Of a stretch of 64,000 nucleotides of DNA, positions 62,314-64,000 are shown piece after piece. The DNA lies in the NCBI GenBank assembly GCA_016711125.1, contig JADJTQ010000010.1, positions 20,298 to 84,297 on the forward strand, written 5' to 3'. The notes under the pieces were generated by a model that was not told where the DNA came from, did not search any database, and worked only from the letters and a program-made list of their open reading frames with translations. The translations under genes and the position numbers were made by a program. The number at the start of each line of letters is the position of its first letter. Within the stretch, counting starts at the first letter, position 1. The stretch comes from Saprospiraceae bacterium. GTDB taxonomy: Bacteria; Bacteroidota; Bacteroidia; Chitinophagales; Saprospiraceae.

Positions 62314-64000
62314 TTGAGCCAAAACAAACAATCTAAAATAACTAAGCCCATTTATTCCTTTTGGCGAAGGATAATACTAGCTCTGTTTATTTCTTTCTCA
62401 GTTGCAAAACCCGCAACATATGCCCAGGTGAATGTTCAGGATTCCTTGGCTTTGGTGGCGTTTTACCATGCCACAAATGGACCGTATTGCACTGATAGTT
62501 GGAACTTGAACGAACCGGTTTATACTTGGCCTGGGGTAGCTGCTGACTCCGCTGGCAGAATCATTTCTTTATCAGGAGCAGATTGCACTGGTTTAATTCC
62601 GTCTGAAATTGGAAATTTGGTACATCTTCAAAGTTTAGATCTCTATGGCAACCTTACAGGTTCCATTCCCACTGAAATTGGAAATTTGGTAAATCTTCAA
62701 AGTTTATATCTCAATGGCAATCTTACAGGTTCAATTCCCACTGAGATTGGAAACTTGACAGATCTCCAAAATCTAAGTATTAATAATACGCAGTTGTCAG
62801 GGCCTATACCTAGTCAAATTGGTAACTTGACAAAGCTGCAATACCTCGGGCTTTTTGGTAATCGATTGTCTGGTTCTATCCCAACCCAAATTGGTAACTT
62901 AACAAAGCTGCAAAATCTCGACCTTGCTTACAATCAGTTGTCTGGTTCTATCCCAACCCAAGTTGGTAACTTAACAAAGTTGCAACATCTAAACCTAGGA
63001 GCAAATCAGTTATCAGGATTTATCCCCACCAGTATTGGTAACTTGACAGTTCTTGAATATCTGTATCTTGGATACTCGGGTTCTGACATTGGAAACCTAC
63101 TGTCAGGATCTATACCTTCTGCTATAGGTGACTTGACAAATCTTCTGTATTTGGACCTATCCAATAATCAGTTGGAATCTATCCCGGTGGAAATCGGTAA
63201 TTTAACGAAACTGGAATTTCTTTCTCTTGATCAGAATCAGGTATCCGGGCCTATCCCAACCAGTGTTGGGAATATGACAAATCTTCAGAGATTATTTCTG
63301 CGAAATAACCAACTTTCGGGCTCAATCCCTACTAGAATTGGGGACATGACAAATCTTTATGCACTAGATCTCTCATACAACCAATTGTCAGGATCATTAC
63401 CAGTGGAAATCGGTAACTTAAAGAAACTGGAATTTCTTTATTCTAATCATAATCAGTTATCCGGATCTATCCCGACCATTATTGGAAATATGACAAATCT
63501 TCGGGATTTATATCTCTCTGAGAACCAATTATCCGGATGTATCCCGACCAGTATTGGGAATATGACAAATGCTCAATTCATTAATCTGAGCTCGAACCAA
63601 TTATCTGGATTTCTACCTCCAACTATTGGTAACCTACCTAATATCATCTGTTTAGGTGCTTATCGTAATAATTTATCTGGTTGCTTTCCAACTGAATATT
63701 TAAACCTTTGCAATAGCGCGTGTGTTGCTTTTTTTGGCAATCCGAATCTGGAAGACTTTAACGATTTTTGTGCAGGAACTATCAGCTCCTGTGAGACATT
63801 CAACTTTCTAATTTCTCACCTCAGAAATATACCAGATAATGTCAAGTACAGCAGTGACAAAACGATAGATAGTATACATTCAGGAAATACCGGTTATTTT
63901 AGTGTTGCTGCGGATGGCTCGGAAGCCTCCTGGTTTGAAATCACAAAAGATGGACTTTCCAGTGTGAATGTCAGTGATATTAATCTCAAAATCGAAGAAA
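62314..64000 (+). CDS. Leucine-rich-repeat protein with plant-type 24-residue LRRs. Partial: it runs off the window end.
   Basis: Not in the ORF track because it has no stop in the window. The frame reads ...FWRRIILALFISFSVAKPATYAQVNVQDSLALVAFYHATNG..., then about 15 repeats of LxxLxLxxNQLSGSIPTxIGNLTx. The start is uncertain: either the in-frame TTG at 62314, or the ATG at 62307, which is 1 nt out of frame across a T4 run. Confidence 0.8.
   Translation, partial: MSQNKQSKITKPIYSFWRRIILALFISFSVAKPATYAQVNVQDSLALVAFYHATNGPYCTDSWNLNEPVYTWPGVAADSAGRIISLSGADCTGLIPSEIGNLVHLQSLDLYGNLTGSIPTEIGNLVNLQSLYLNGNLTGSIPTEIGNLTDLQNLSINNTQLSGPIPSQIGNLTKLQYLGLFGNRLSGSIPTQIGNLTKLQNLDLAYNQLSGSIPTQVGNLTKLQHLNLGANQLSGFIPTSIGNLTVLEYLYLGYSGSDIGNLLSGSIPSAIGDLTNLLYLDLSNNQLESIPVEIGNLTKLEFLSLDQNQVSGPIPTSVGNMTNLQRLFLRNNQLSGSIPTRIGDMTNLYALDLSYNQLSGSLPVEIGNLKKLEFLYSNHNQLSGSIPTIIGNMTNLRDLYLSENQLSGCIPTSIGNMTNAQFINLSSNQLSGFLPPTIGNLPNIICLGAYRNNLSGCFPTEYLNLCNSACVAFFGNPNLEDFNDFCAGTISSCETFNFLISHLRNIPDNVKYSSDKTIDSIHSGNTGYFSVAADGSEASWFEITKDGLSSVNVSDINLKIEE

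Noticed and set aside
1-64000. tRNA, rRNA, tmRNA, RNase P or SRP RNA genes.
   Set aside because: I noticed no T-loop (GGTTCGAATCC-like) or other hallmark motif in the intergenic regions. This is a visual scan only. tRNAscan-SE and Infernal would be decisive.

Overview
The window is a Bacteroidota-type chromosomal segment of about 45 protein genes. Markers for that assignment are a SusC/SusD pair, a T9SS C-terminal sorting domain, and many lipoprotein and twin-arginine signals. I found no rRNA, tRNA, CRISPR array, transposase or integrase by eye.

Gene content:
- An exported RraA-like / enolase-superfamily / serine-hydrolase operon.
- An ABC-2 exporter.
- A SusC/SusD plus ASPIC-UnbV locus, and a second TonB-dependent receptor.
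- A SulP transporter.
- A glycogen cluster with glgB.
- A glycosylasparaginase.
- A block with a TAT-signal oxidoreductase and a TAT-signal enolase-superfamily enzyme.
- mnmE followed by two type II toxin-antitoxin modules.
- A Fibrobacter-type paralogous-domain protein and a plant-type LRR protein that runs off the window end.

Four observations are not explained by genes:
1. Non-coding repeat architecture is unusually rich. It includes a ~175-bp higher-order tandem satellite at the window start, and 7-bp-periodic tracts filling many intergenic gaps.
2. There are two copies of a ~540-bp MITE-like element. One has clean terminal inverted repeats and a 9-10 bp target duplication. The other carries a nested 194-bp MITE.
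3. att-like direct repeats of the mnmE 3' flank bracket the toxin-antitoxin islet.
4. About 20 reading-frame breaks sit almost all in homopolymer runs. These are most simply consensus or assembly indel errors. A few in-frame nonsense codons and one heavily hit gene may be genuine decay.

All homology calls come from motif recognition in the translated ORFs, not from database searches.
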